Below, piece after piece: positions 9,403 through 19,300 of a stretch of DNA of 64,000 bases. Numbering within the stretch: position 1 is the first letter of the stretch; every line of letters begins with the position of its first letter. Where the stretch lies: positions 1-64,000 of the IMG/VR virus record IMGVR_UViG_3300038530_003247; one strand, 5' to 3'. The position numbers and the translations under genes were made by a program. The DNA is from a virus (Duplodnaviria; Caudoviricetes). Below the pieces are notes generated by a model, which was not told where the DNA came from, made no database searches, and saw nothing but the letters and a program-made list of their open reading frames with translations.

Positions 9403-11070
9403 ATGGCAAAATTATTTGGATTCTCGATTGAGGATAATGAAAAGACCCCGCCTGGCGTAGTGTCACCGGTCCCGCCCAACAAAATGGACGGGTCTGATCA
9501 CTATGTCAGTTCGGGGTTCTTTGGTTCTTACGTTGATATTGAAGGTGTCTATAAGAATGAAAACGATCTAATTCGTCGTTATCGTTCAATGGCACTCTAT
9601 CCTGAGTGCGATAGTGCAATTGAAGATATCGTAAATGAAGCAATTGTTTCCGACACAAACGACAGTCCCATTGAGATTGAACTTTCCAACCTCAATGCAA
9701 GTGATGAGATAAAGAAAAAAGTAAGAGACGAGTTTAAGCATATCCTTGAGCTTCTTGATTTCGATAAGAAAGCTCATGAAATTTTTAGAAATTGGTACAT
9801 TGACGGAAGACTTTACTACAACAAAGTCATTGATCAAAAGAGACCACAGGATGGCATCCAAGAGCTGAGATATATTGACGCCGCAAAGATGCGTTATATT
9901 CGTAAGCTCAAGAATAATGGAAAAAACAGTATTGATTCCCTGAGACAAACAAACGAAAGAAGTAATCCAAACTCTTATAACTTCCCAGAGGTTGAAGAAT
10001 ACTTCATGTACACACCTGGGAATGATACAGCAACAGGTGGTTACTCTGGATCTGGTGCATCATCCAAAGGAATTATGATGACAAGAGATTCAGTCACTTA
10101 CTGCACCTCTGGTTTGGTAGATAGGAATAAGGGATCGACTCTGTCCTGGCTTCACAAAGCAATCAAACCTCTCAATCAGTTGATGATGATTGAGGATTCA
10201 CTGGTTATCTACAGACTTTCAAGAGCACCAGAACGTAGAATTTTCTACATTGACGTTGGTAACCTGCCCAAAATGAAGGCAGAACAATACCTTCGTGATG
10301 TCATGATGCGTTACAGAAATAAACTTGTTTATGACGCCAACACTGGTGAGATTCGTGATGATAAGAAATTCATGTCAATGATGGAGGACTTCTGGCTTCC
10401 TCGTCGCGAAGGTGGTCGTGGTACAGAAATTACCACACTTCCTGGTGGTCAGAACCTTGGTGAAATTACTGACATCAATTACTTCCAGAAGAAACTTTAC
10501 AGATCCCTGAATGTTCCAGAATCTCGTTTGGAACAGGATGGTGGTTTTTCGATGGGTCGTTCTTCTGAGATCCTGAGAGACGAAGTCAAGTTCTCCAAGT
10601 TTGTTGGAAGAATGAGAAAGCGTTTCTCTGAAATGTTCAATGACATATTGAAGACTCAATTGATTCTGAGAAACATCATTACTCCTGAAGATTGGGAGTT
10701 CATGTCGGATCATATTCAATATGATTTCCTTTATGATAATCACTTTGCTGAGCTCAAAGAAGCTGAACTTCTTCAAGAGAGACTCAATCTTGCACAACTT
10801 GCCGAACCTTATGTCGGTAAGTATTACTCACAAGATTACATCAGAAGGAAAGTTCTCCGTCAAACTGATCAAGAAATTCTCGATCAAGACACTCTCATCG
10901 AAAAGGAAATCACCAGTGGTGTTATTCCAGATCCAAATGATTTAGCAGATCCGACAATGGATCAGGGAGCTCCATCATCTCCAACTAATGGAGCAGATGC
11001 AATTCAAGCACCACCGACACCAAAAGATCCCGAAGTTTCAGAGCCAGCTGGTGATGAAGGTCTCATCTAA
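9403..11070 (+). CDS. g20: Portal protein
   Basis: YRLSRAPERRIFYIDVGN and EDFWLPRREGGRGTEI motifs. Confidence 0.97.
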   Translation: MAKLFGFSIEDNEKTPPGVVSPVPPNKMDGSDHYVSSGFFGSYVDIEGVYKNENDLIRRYRSMALYPECDSAIEDIVNEAIVSDTNDSPIEIELSNLNASDEIKKKVRDEFKHILELLDFDKKAHEIFRNWYIDGRLYYNKVIDQKRPQDGIQELRYIDAAKMRYIRKLKNNGKNSIDSLRQTNERSNPNSYNFPEVEEYFMYTPGNDTATGGYSGSGASSKGIMMTRDSVTYCTSGLVDRNKGSTLSWLHKAIKPLNQLMMIEDSLVIYRLSRAPERRIFYIDVGNLPKMKAEQYLRDVMMRYRNKLVYDANTGEIRDDKKFMSMMEDFWLPRREGGRGTEITTLPGGQNLGEITDINYFQKKLYRSLNVPESRLEQDGGFSMGRSSEILRDEVKFSKFVGRMRKRFSEMFNDILKTQLILRNIITPEDWEFMSDHIQYDFLYDNHFAELKEAELLQERLNLAQLAEPYVGKYYSQDYIRRKVLRQTDQEILDQDTLIEKEITSGVIPDPNDLADPTMDQGAPSSPTNGADAIQAPPTPKDPEVSEPAGDEGLI

Positions 11071-11094
11071 ATAATCTCACACTAAACAAATACT

Positions 11095-11289
11095 ATGGAA
11101 GAACTCATGGATTTGATGGTGAATCAAGATTCCCCATCACAGGTTAGCGACAAGATTAAAGAAATCCTCTTTGCAAGGAGTGCAGAAAAACTCGAAGGTG
11201 TAAGACCTGAGGTTGCTGCATCTCTCTTCCAAGATGACGAATCTGGTGTTGTCGATGAAGTCGAAACTACGGCTGAAACTGAAGAGTAA
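11095..11289 (+). CDS. Small acidic protein at the prohead-core (gp67/gp68-like) position
   Basis: Lies between g20 and g21; TAAATA at 11068. Confidence 0.55.
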   Translation: MEELMDLMVNQDSPSQVSDKIKEILFARSAEKLEGVRPEVAASLFQDDESGVVDEVETTAETEE

Positions 11290-11326
11290 TAAATAAAGAT
11301 TAGGACTATTGTAATTAGGAATAACG

Positions 11327-11875
11327 ATGGCTTGCCTTAGACCCGTTGGTGTCAATACTACTTTTGCCACATCAGCAACTTCTGCTAAATCTGTTGCATT
11401 GGCACAACAAACTGATTCGATCAGAATTCTTGCCCTTAGTCAAGGTGTTCATGTTGCAATTGGAACAGAACCAACAGCAACTGATCAAAACTTCTTCGTC
11501 GGAACAACTGATAGTCAAGTAATCTCCCTTGGGATTGTCGAATCACAAAGAGTGGTTGGCATGACTACAGGAGCCACGACATTCCTTGATTTCCCAGAGG
11601 GAACTGGTTGTCCTTTTGGTATTGGAGAGGCTGTAAGTTTGACAGTTGTTGGTCAATCAGCTCTTGATTTTGAACATAAATTCATCATCAATGTCCTAAC
11701 TTCCTCCAACGTTGGTGGTTATTTTTCCACCAGAGTTGAGATCGATCATGACACATCGAGTGGCACAGATGCTTTCAACGCACCTTCAGCTACACTCAGA
11801 AAGTCATTCAAAGTTGCAGCCAAGACCACAACAGGGACTGGCACTGTTCATATTCAACAAGTCCAAGTTTCCTGA
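11327..11875 (+). CDS. Hypothetical protein, probably virion-associated
   Basis: Thr/Ser-rich ORF between g20 and g21 with an upstream late promoter. Confidence 0.6.
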   Translation: MACLRPVGVNTTFATSATSAKSVALAQQTDSIRILALSQGVHVAIGTEPTATDQNFFVGTTDSQVISLGIVESQRVVGMTTGATTFLDFPEGTGCPFGIGEAVSLTVVGQSALDFEHKFIINVLTSSNVGGYFSTRVEIDHDTSSGTDAFNAPSATLRKSFKVAAKTTTGTGTVHIQQVQVS

Positions 11876-11883
11876 GGTCTAAA

Positions 11884-12534
11884 ATGAAACTAATCAGAGA
11901 AGAAATCGAGGCAGTCGATTTTATCGTAGAAGAAAAGAATGGAAAGAAGTCACTCTACATTGAGGGTGTCTTCCTCCAAGCCAATAAGTGCAATCGAAAC
12001 AATCGTCTCTATCCGATCGAGACGATGAGAAAAGAGGTTCAAAGATACAATGAAAACCATGTTATGACTGGAAGAGCTCTTGGTGAGCTTGGTCATCCCG
12101 ATGGTCCGACTGTGAACCTCGACAGAGTTTCCCATAAAATTATTTCCCTCAAAGAAAGTGGAGATAATTTCATTGGTAAAGCAAAAATTCTTTCAACCCC
12201 GATGGGTAAAATCGCTGCTAATCTTATCAGCGAAGGTGTGAAACTTGGCGTATCTTCTCGTGGTGTTGGTTCACTCCAACAAACCAAAGAGGGTTTCGCT
12301 GTAGTTGGTGAAGATTTCATGTTAGCAACTGCTGCTGACATTGTTGCTGATCCTTCGGCTCCAGATGCTTTTGTTTCTGGAATCATGGAAGGTAAAGAGT
12401 GGGTCTGGGATGGTGGAATCCTTCGGGAACATCAAGCCAGAAAAACCTACAAACATATCAATACTTTGGTCACCCAAAAACAACTTGATGAGAAGAAACT
12501 TGACCTGTTCAACAACTTTCTCAACAACCTTTAG
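11884..12534 (+). CDS. g21: Prohead protease
   Basis: ALGELGHP, GVSSRGVGS and DIVADPSAPDA motifs. Confidence 0.96.
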   Translation: MKLIREEIEAVDFIVEEKNGKKSLYIEGVFLQANKCNRNNRLYPIETMRKEVQRYNENHVMTGRALGELGHPDGPTVNLDRVSHKIISLKESGDNFIGKAKILSTPMGKIAANLISEGVKLGVSSRGVGSLQQTKEGFAVVGEDFMLATAADIVADPSAPDAFVSGIMEGKEWVWDGGILREHQARKTYKHINTLVTQKQLDEKKLDLFNNFLNNL

Positions 12535-12602
12535 TGCAAAGGTTCTAAATGATAACTTTTCTAAATAAATGTAGATTTAACTAAGTTAATCGGAGAGTAC
12601 AA

Positions 12603-13673
12603 ATGTCTCGCGGAGATTTACAAGAAATGGAGCAATCCAAAACTGCTGTGAACGCAAACGCAAAAGCTGCTGATCCTATGCAGCATATGGATAACATCAC
12701 TCCTGGACAAAGCGCTTCCTACGAAGATCTTGGAGGTCCAACCCCTGAAAACTACAAACCCGATGATGACTCGGCTAAGATTAAAGAGCCCAAAGTCAAG
12801 ACTGTTTCGGACGTTGTTAATAAGGGAGCCAAAGCCGCCGAACCCATGAAGGGAATGGCCAAAGAAGAGGCTGAGGTAGAGGAAGAGGAGATCGTCGAAG
12901 CAAGTTCTGACGAGAGTGAAGTTGTTGATGAAGAGCTGGAGACAGGTTATGACATCGAAGAGGACGTAAACGCCCTTCTCGGTGGAGAAGAACTTTCTGA
13001 GGAATTCAGAGAGAAAGCTAAACTCATCTTTGAATCAGCCTTGAACTCCAAGATCGATGAGATCACCGAGACACTCGAAGGCCAGTATGAGCAGAAACTC
13101 GAAGAAGAGAAGCAATCCCTGAAGGGTGAACTCACTGAAAGAGTTGACGCTTATCTGGAGTATATCTGTCAAGAATGGTTGACAGAAAACCAACTCGCTA
13201 TTGAACACGGTCTGAAGACCGAAATGACAGAATCATTCCTGGCTGGAATGAAAGGTCTTTTTGAAGAACATTATGTTACAATCCCTGAAGATAAATATGA
13301 TGTGCTGGAAAGCATGGTAGACAAACTTGATGATATGGAGACCAAGCTCAACGAGCAAATCGAGAAGAACATTGGCCTGAACAAGAGACTCTCTGAGTCT
13401 GTTGCTGATGGTATTCTTGAAGTCGTTTCTGAAGGCCTCGCAGCCACTCAGAAAGAGAAGCTCGCTTCACTTGCCGAAAGTGTTGAGTTTGAAAGTGAGG
13501 AAAAATATCGTGAAAAGCTGGAAACTCTGAAGGAGTCGTACTTCTCCAGAACTCCCGCTTCCAAGCCGACTCAACAAACCCTCTCTGAGGGTGTCGATAG
13601 TACCGTTGCACCCACTGGTGGTTCAATGGAAGCTTATCTGAGAACGCTGGGCGCGTTTGGTAAAAAATCCTGA
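12603..13673 (+). CDS. g22: Prohead core scaffold protein
   Basis: Acidic coiled-coil protein between g21 and g23; TAAATA at 12562. Confidence 0.92.
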   Translation: MSRGDLQEMEQSKTAVNANAKAADPMQHMDNITPGQSASYEDLGGPTPENYKPDDDSAKIKEPKVKTVSDVVNKGAKAAEPMKGMAKEEAEVEEEEIVEASSDESEVVDEELETGYDIEEDVNALLGGEELSEEFREKAKLIFESALNSKIDEITETLEGQYEQKLEEEKQSLKGELTERVDAYLEYICQEWLTENQLAIEHGLKTEMTESFLAGMKGLFEEHYVTIPEDKYDVLESMVDKLDDMETKLNEQIEKNIGLNKRLSESVADGILEVVSEGLAATQKEKLASLAESVEFESEEKYREKLETLKESYFSRTPASKPTQQTLSEGVDSTVAPTGGSMEAYLRTLGAFGKKS

Positions 13674-13716
13674 TATTATTATTAATCAAACAAAAACAAA
13701 CAAGAGGTAAAAGCAA

Positions 13717-15147
13717 ATGTTCCAATCCGAACATCTGCAGGAAAAGTGGAGTCCCCTTCTCGACTATGAAGGTCTTGATCCTATCAAAGACAATCACAGA
13801 AGAGCAGTCACCGCTGTCCTGCTGGAAAACCAAGAGAAATTCCTCCGTGAGGAGCAAGCCTTCTCTCAGGGTATTAACCTGATGGAAGCCCCCACTAACT
13901 CCGCTGGGTCTAGCCCCGCTGGTTTTAGTGGTTCCGCCGCCGAAGGTGGCCCCGTTGCTGGTTTCGACCCCGTTCTGATCTCCCTGATCAGACGCTCCAT
14001 GCCTAACCTGGTCGCTTATGACCTGGCTGGCGTTCAGCCGATGAACGGTCCTACTGGACTGATCTTCGCAATGAGAAGCCGTTATCAGAATCAGTCTGGT
14101 GATGAGACCTTCTACAACGAAGTAGATTCCGCATTCTCCGGTCAAGATGCTGGTCTGGATCTGACTGGTGGATTCTCCGATGGAACCGTTGGTCTTGGTA
14201 CCACCGCTCAGTCCGGAACCAACCCCTCAGCTCTGAACCCTGTAGGTTCTGCATCCACCTCCACCAGCGTCTATAACGTTGGTCAGGGAATGCAAACTGG
14301 CGACGCTGAGAGCCTTGACGGTACTGGAGATGCCGCCTTCAACCAGATGGCTTTCTCGATCGAGAAGGTCACCGTAACAGCTAAGTCGAGAGCCCTGAAG
14401 GCTGAGTACAGCTTGGAACTGGCTCAAGACCTGAAGGCCATCCACGGCATGAACGCCGAGGCCGAACTGGCTAACATCCTGTCCACTGAAATCCTGGCTG
14501 AAATCAACCGGGAAGTCATCAGAACCATCTATAAGGTTGCTGAACAGGGTGCTGTTTCCAACACCGCTACCGCTGGTGTGTTCGACCTGGATGTTGACTC
14601 CAATGGTCGTTGGTCTGTTGAGAAGTTCAAAGGACTTCTGTTCCAAATCGAGAGAGATGCGAACGCAATCGCACAAAGAACTCGTAGAGGAAAGGGCAAC
14701 ATGATTCTGTGTTCCGCAGACGTTGCTTCCGCTCTGACCATGGCTGGAATCCTGGATTACACCCCGGCCCTGAACGCCAACCTGAGCGTTGACGACACCG
14801 GCAACACTTTCGCTGGTACCATCAACGGTAAGTTCCGCGTCTACATTGACCCCTACGCCGCTAACCTGGCTGCTGGCAACACTGCTACCGCTTCCGGTAA
14901 TCAGTACTACGTTGTTGGTTATAAGGGTACTTCCCCCTATGACGCTGGTCTGTTCTATTGTCCTTATGTTCCCCTCCAGATGGTTCGCGCCGTCGGAGAG
15001 AACTCCTTCCAGCCGAAGATTGGCTTCAAGACCCGTTATGGTCTGGTTGCTAACCCCTTCGCCGAAGGACTTACTCAAGGACTGGGTCGTCTCAGAATCA
15101 ACTCCAACCGCTACTACAGACGTGTTGCTGTTAAGAACCTCATGTGA
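13717..15147 (+). CDS. g23: Major capsid protein
   Basis: GVQPMNGPTGLIFAMR, LKAEYSLELAQDLKAIHG and FQPKIGFKTRYG motifs. Confidence 0.98.
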   Translation: MFQSEHLQEKWSPLLDYEGLDPIKDNHRRAVTAVLLENQEKFLREEQAFSQGINLMEAPTNSAGSSPAGFSGSAAEGGPVAGFDPVLISLIRRSMPNLVAYDLAGVQPMNGPTGLIFAMRSRYQNQSGDETFYNEVDSAFSGQDAGLDLTGGFSDGTVGLGTTAQSGTNPSALNPVGSASTSTSVYNVGQGMQTGDAESLDGTGDAAFNQMAFSIEKVTVTAKSRALKAEYSLELAQDLKAIHGMNAEAELANILSTEILAEINREVIRTIYKVAEQGAVSNTATAGVFDLDVDSNGRWSVEKFKGLLFQIERDANAIAQRTRRGKGNMILCSADVASALTMAGILDYTPALNANLSVDDTGNTFAGTINGKFRVYIDPYAANLAAGNTATASGNQYYVVGYKGTSPYDAGLFYCPYVPLQMVRAVGENSFQPKIGFKTRYGLVANPFAEGLTQGLGRLRINSNRYYRRVAVKNLM

Positions 15148-15169
15148 TTCGTCACTAGAGATCGCAATC

Positions 15170-15196
15170 AAGACCTCCTTCGGGGGGTCTTTTTTT
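15170..15196 (+). terminator. Intrinsic terminator after g23
   Basis: AAGACCTCC-TTCG-GGGGGTCTT followed by a T run. Confidence 0.9.
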
Positions 15197-15205
15197 ATGT
15201 CTCTC

Positions 15206-15234
15206 TTGACAAAGACTCCTTTAAGGTCTAAGAT
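15206..15234 (+). promoter_or_regulatory. Sigma70-type early promoter
   Basis: TTGACA-17 nt-TAAGAT. Confidence 0.8.
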
Positions 15235-15256
15235 GAGAGGACAATGGACCTTTAAA

Positions 15257-15661
15257 ATGTTTAATTATTCTGATTTTGATGAATCATCTTGGAATTCATC
15301 AGCTAGAAAATGTGTTTGGAAAAATTTAATTGAAAGTTACAACAGCATCGAATGTATTCCTAAAGAATGTCATGGTCTAACAAGTACAATTAGGAAATTA
15401 GGTTCAAAGATGACCAAAAAGGAAATTTGCAAAGTTGCAGATAAAATGTCTTCTCAATGGACCCACCGACGTACACAAATTCTTAATGAATATAAGGACA
15501 ACAAGTTGTCGTCTGATACAGATTTTACAGCTTTGGATAAATTATTCTCATTAAAACCTAAGAAAGAAAATTCATATGATAGAGTAAGTGATGTTTATAT
15601 GAGGTTTAATAACCTGACAGATAAAGAGAAAGAAGCTTTTATGGTATTTTTAAATCACTAA
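15257..15661 (+). CDS. AT-rich orphan protein (134 aa, moron)
   Basis: Has its own promoter and terminator; visibly more AT-rich than its neighbours. Confidence 0.7.
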   Translation: MFNYSDFDESSWNSSARKCVWKNLIESYNSIECIPKECHGLTSTIRKLGSKMTKKEICKVADKMSSQWTHRRTQILNEYKDNKLSSDTDFTALDKLFSLKPKKENSYDRVSDVYMRFNNLTDKEKEAFMVFLNH

Positions 15662-15666
15662 TAATT

Positions 15667-15693
15667 AAGATCCTCCTTCGGGGGGTCTTTTTT
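15667..15693 (+). terminator. Near-duplicate of the g23 terminator
   Basis: AAGATCCTCC-TTCG-GGGGGTCTTTTTT; differs from the 15170 copy by a one-base insertion. Confidence 0.85.
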
Positions 15694-15789
15694 GTGCTGA
15701 GTTATATCAATCAATCCCAAAGAAAAGATTAAATTTATAACTAATTGTAAGAAGACATATTAACATGTCACCACATTTGGAGATTGCCA

Positions 15790-15939
15790 ATGACTCTACC
15801 AAAAGACAAAAAGATTAAGCATGAACACATCGAATCAATGAAAATTGCGGTAGAGGAATCAGACATTCGGTCAATTCATCCAGACAAAATGGAAGAATTT
15901 GCTGAGTATCTAGTCCAAAAGGCAAGAACAAAGGAATGA
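15790..15939 (+). CDS. Small hypothetical protein (49 aa, MTLPKDKK...)
   Basis: GGAG RBS; followed directly by a terminator; not in the ORF track. Confidence 0.6.
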   Translation: MTLPKDKKIKHEHIESMKIAVEESDIRSIHPDKMEEFAEYLVQKARTKE

Positions 15940-15942
15940 CTT

Positions 15943-15966
15943 GAGGGTCTTCGGACCCTTTTTTTA
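15943..15966 (+). terminator. Intrinsic terminator
   Basis: GAGGGTC-TTCG-GACCCTT followed by a T run. Confidence 0.85.
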
Positions 15967-16059
15967 TGCTTTTTTCTAAATAGAACGAATCACATTATAA
16001 CCAATGAAAAAATTATTCTTCTTCGTGGACTTCCTAGTACACAATGGTGTTAATCAATT

Positions 16060-16608
16060 ATGACTTTACTAAAGAAAACAGCTTGGGGACTTGTTGCATT
16101 GATTGGAATTGCAAACGCTGGAGCCCTCATTGGTCACACAATTCACGGATTCAGACAAGCAGTGGATCCTAAACAAGTTTTATATCCACCAGTTGGTGAG
16201 TATTCATCTTACTCTGTGAGCGTAAATCCAGATGGAAGTTATACCATCGACTATAAGGGTCATGACCCCACAGTTCTTGACAATGAAACTTATGTAGATA
16301 CATCCAATGGTGTATTTGGTATTGGTGGAAGAACCACTACAACAAGAAATACTCAGTATGTTCCCGGTGAGCCTCCCAGCGATGAGGAGGGAAAGTACAA
16401 TGCGAGATCCGAAGAGTGCATAAAGGTGGAAGGTGGAGGAGAGTCAAACGGTGCACTGGTGGGAGCTAGTGTCGCTTCAGGTCTCGCACCTGCGGTAGCA
16501 ACCGTTCCTTATGTTGGATGGTTAGCTTCTGGTTGGATGGTTATGGCTGGTTCGAATATGGGATCAGCAGTTGGTAGTGAGATTGCCTCAACAATCAACG
16601 GGTGTTAG
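16060..16608 (+). CDS. Membrane-anchored protein with C-terminal glycine-zipper-like region
   Basis: N-terminal hydrophobic helix and GxxxG-rich C-terminus. Confidence 0.65.
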   Translation: MTLLKKTAWGLVALIGIANAGALIGHTIHGFRQAVDPKQVLYPPVGEYSSYSVSVNPDGSYTIDYKGHDPTVLDNETYVDTSNGVFGIGGRTTTTRNTQYVPGEPPSDEEGKYNARSEECIKVEGGGESNGALVGASVASGLAPAVATVPYVGWLASGWMVMAGSNMGSAVGSEIASTINGC

Positions 16609-16667
16609 ACTGGTATGGTAATTTACATCTTTTAACAATAAATAATTAAAAGAGTTCAGAGTGAGCT

Positions 16668-16832
16668 ATGGCTTCTCATATTGAAAAGATGTCAACCAAT
16701 GACAGAAAGACAATTTACTATCAAGGTAATCTAAAGTGGACAGAAAATTTCTCAGATAGAAAGGTCTTTAACACAAAAGCAGACGCCCAAGAAGAACAAT
16801 ATCAATTTGCAGGAGCAGTTGTAGAAGAATAA
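16668..16832 (+). CDS. Small hypothetical protein (54 aa, MASHIEK...)
   Basis: Follows TAAATA at about 16639; translated by hand. Confidence 0.55.
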   Translation: MASHIEKMSTNDRKTIYYQGNLKWTENFSDRKVFNTKADAQEEQYQFAGAVVEE

Positions 16833-16864
16833 AAAAATAAATAGTGTTGCCTAACCAGCATATT

Positions 16865-17299
16865 ATGGAAGAAAAGAAACCAATCGAAGACAAAAAGAAA
16901 AAAGGTCTTCTCACAAAGATCAAAGAAGGTATCGACGATAAAGAAGAACAACTTCTTATCTTGTCCACGTTTGTGAGACTAGGTATCTTGATTTGGTCTG
17001 GTGGTATTCTCACATTGGCATATGTCAAGTTACCTCCGGCTCTTGCTATTCCAGATCAGGACATCGATCCGACCTTCATTGCGTCCGTGTTTACTGGCGT
17101 TTTAGCGACGTTCGGGGTCCAGGCTGGTAAAAAAGCTACAGCTGCAGGATCTGGCATCACAAAAATTCAGATGGAAGAAGTTCTTGAGAAGGTCAATAAA
17201 AACTCACAGGTGATTAGAGTTGAACATGCACCACTTGTAATTTCCGCCATTGATCCTAAAGATGTCAACACCACAAATAAAGATTCTTCAGGTACCTAG
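16865..17299 (+). CDS. Two-transmembrane-helix membrane protein
   Basis: Two hydrophobic segments and a charged N-terminus; upstream TAAATA. Confidence 0.65.
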   Translation: MEEKKPIEDKKKKGLLTKIKEGIDDKEEQLLILSTFVRLGILIWSGGILTLAYVKLPPALAIPDQDIDPTFIASVFTGVLATFGVQAGKKATAAGSGITKIQMEEVLEKVNKNSQVIRVEHAPLVISAIDPKDVNTTNKDSSGT

Positions 17300-18050
17300 G
17301 ACACCAAATAATATAATTGAAACACTCCCGCCAACAGTTGTATCTGGATCTTATATTCAAGAACCTGTTGTGCGGGGTACCAGACCTCCTGTAGTGTCTG
17401 GATTGAGACCTCCGGTTGTCAATGTTCCTGAAGTTATAATTGATTACCCCACAATTGATCTCAATACTGAACAACAATATCAGGGAGACATAAGACCACC
17501 TACTCAAAATCCAACACAATCTCCTCCACCAGACACAAGAGATTTACCAACAACTCCGGCAATTCCAACAACTCCTGTAATCAATGTTGGTGGGATTGAT
17601 GTACCTCTCCCCGAACCTGGACCACTTGTTGCTGCTGGTTCACTAGCAGTGGTGACAACTGTTGTGACTCTTGGTGCCACGATTGGTGTAAACCAAGCCA
17701 AAACATCACTTGAACCATTACTCAGGAAGATGCTCCAACCAAAGAGGAAAAAGATTAAGGTAAAACAAGTCAAACCAGTCTTACACTTTATCCCCAATGA
17801 AGACGGAACATCTGAGGTCATTGAGTATTCCCAAAAGGGTATGAAAGTTTTAGATGATGGTATAGAAAAGTTAGAGCAGTATCTCAGAGACCAAGTGGAG
17901 ATTAACTCTCTATGGGAGTATGACAATAAAATTATTATTGATGAAGAACTCGGCAAGAAACTGACCAAAGAAGGTCGCAAAAGATTTAAAAGGTATTTTG
18001 CTGCACCGAAGGTGATTGCGAAGAAACTTGGGGCCAAGTTTGCGTTTTGA
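17262..18050 (+). CDS. Proline-rich single-pass membrane protein
   Basis: Pro/Thr-rich N-terminal half, central hydrophobic segment, basic C-terminus. Confidence 0.6.
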   Translation: MSTPQIKILQVPRTPNNIIETLPPTVVSGSYIQEPVVRGTRPPVVSGLRPPVVNVPEVIIDYPTIDLNTEQQYQGDIRPPTQNPTQSPPPDTRDLPTTPAIPTTPVINVGGIDVPLPEPGPLVAAGSLAVVTTVVTLGATIGVNQAKTSLEPLLRKMLQPKRKKIKVKQVKPVLHFIPNEDGTSEVIEYSQKGMKVLDDGIEKLEQYLRDQVEINSLWEYDNKIIIDEELGKKLTKEGRKRFKRYFAAPKVIAKKLGAKFAF

Positions 18051-18174
18051 TATCTTTAAGTCTGTAACCCCGGCGGACTTCACCACTAACTTCACAGATC
18101 TCTTCGAACATTTCGAGTTCACCTTCAGCCATTGCTGGTGTGGTAAGTAATAGTAGAATAAGTAAAAGTTTCAT
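17986..18174 (-). CDS. Small secreted protein
   Basis: Signal peptide MKLLLILLLLTTPAMA. Confidence 0.45.
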   Translation of the reverse strand: MKLLLILLLLTTPAMAEGELEMFEEICEVSGEVRRGYRLKDIKTQTWPQVSSQSPSVQQNTF

Positions 18175-18191
18175 TTTATTTTTTGATAAAT

Positions 18192-18650
18192 TTACACCAG
18201 AGTTCCGTGTTGGCGTCTAATCTCTCTCAACTCTTCAAAGTTCTTTTGTTTCGTGCCACCATCATACGGCCACGCATACCCTTCCGCAATCATTGCTTCA
18301 TTAAGGGACAACTCTCCGTCCCCAATGTATAACCAGCCAAGAAGACGGCCATACTTCCCAACACCCCCAACAAGTTCAGTGCGGATAATAAGATCATCAT
18401 CACCAGCCACTGCTCCTTCCAATTTTTCTTTAAGCCAGTTTGTTGCATGAATCCCTAGCTCCTTTTCCTCTAAGTCTCTAGTTCTTTTCTCTGGTGTATC
18501 TACACCAGCAACTCTAACTCTTTCTTTTTTGTAAAGATCAAACCCAAGATCAATGGTAACATCAATGGTGTCACCATCAACAACTCTGTTAATCTCGATC
18601 ACTCGGAAGTTGTAACAACTCTTCCGACTCGGTGGGGTCATTGCTCCCAT
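18192..18650 (-). CDS. Thermonuclease (SNase-like) family nuclease
   Basis: VVDGDTI, RVAGVDTPE and KYGRLLG motifs. Confidence 0.9.
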   Translation of the reverse strand: MGAMTPPSRKSCYNFRVIEINRVVDGDTIDVTIDLGFDLYKKERVRVAGVDTPEKRTRDLEEKELGIHATNWLKEKLEGAVAGDDDLIIRTELVGGVGKYGRLLGWLYIGDGELSLNEAMIAEGYAWPYDGGTKQKNFEELREIRRQHGTLV

Positions 18651-18756
18651 TTTTCATCTCCTGATTTGCTATGTAAAGTATGTAAGTGATGATCGCCAAT
18701 GCTAGCATCACACAAATGATGACCATAATAATCACTGACCAGACAACTTCAACCAT
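18589..18756 (-). CDS. Small single-pass membrane protein (55 aa, MVEVVWSV...)
   Basis: Translated by hand; hydrophobic helix; overlaps both neighbours in the operon. Confidence 0.5.
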   Translation of the reverse strand: MVEVVWSVIIMVIICVMLALAIITYILYIANQEMKNGSNDPTESEELLQLPSDRD

Positions 18757-19300
18757 CGCTATTGACCTGTGGTGATTTTTGGGGTTGAATGACTATTACA
18801 TCCGCGCAAATTCCCGCATAAGGTGAGTCGGGGTGGAAACGAACACCAGATTTCATTGCTTCTCCACATTTGAGAAGTCTTACAAGTTCAAAATCAAGTC
18901 TAGCTTTATCCGCTTCTGCTTGTTGTCTTGCGATTTCTGTTCTAGCTCTTTCTTTACAGAGCTCGACAGCTCCACCGTCAAGAGGTACATTGAACCCAAG
19001 TGTAATACCTAAGTTGCGAGAACCTGTAAGATAGGATTCTGGATCCCAGTTGTAATTGTTGTTTCCCATAGCAAAGGTAGATAGGCTCAAGGTGGATCCT
19101 TGACAGACCACACCTGAGCCATACTGTGTTGTCGCATAGGGTCCTTGCAACACCTGCACCGCCTGATTGGTGACGTTACCGGTTGCTGTTGCTGCTGGCC
19201 CTGCGATGTTTGTGTTTGTTGGAGCTCCATCAGCTAGTGCGTTATTGGGTAAACACACTGATACTAGTAGTAAAGCTTTCCACAGTCGTTGTCCTATCAA
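18749..19300 (-). CDS. Secreted hypothetical protein
   Basis: Signal peptide ending in ALA, several Cys, coiled segment; start codon uncertain. Confidence 0.65.
   Translation of the reverse strand: MIGQRLWKALLLVSVCLPNNALADGAPTNTNIAGPAATATGNVTNQAVQVLQGPYATTQYGSGVVCQGSTLSLSTFAMGNNNYNWDPESYLTGSRNLGITLGFNVPLDGGAVELCKERARTEIARQQAEADKARLDFELVRLLKCGEAMKSGVRFHPDSPYAGICADVIVIQPQKSPQVNSDG

Noticed and set aside
13348-15171. Long minus-strand ORFs (265 and 314 aa) opposite g22/g23
   Set aside because: Antisense shadows of strongly codon-biased genes, with no recognisable motifs.
14789-15256. N-terminal extension making a 290-aa ORF overlapping g23
   Set aside because: It crosses the terminator and a separate promoter; the real start is most likely the ATG at 15257.
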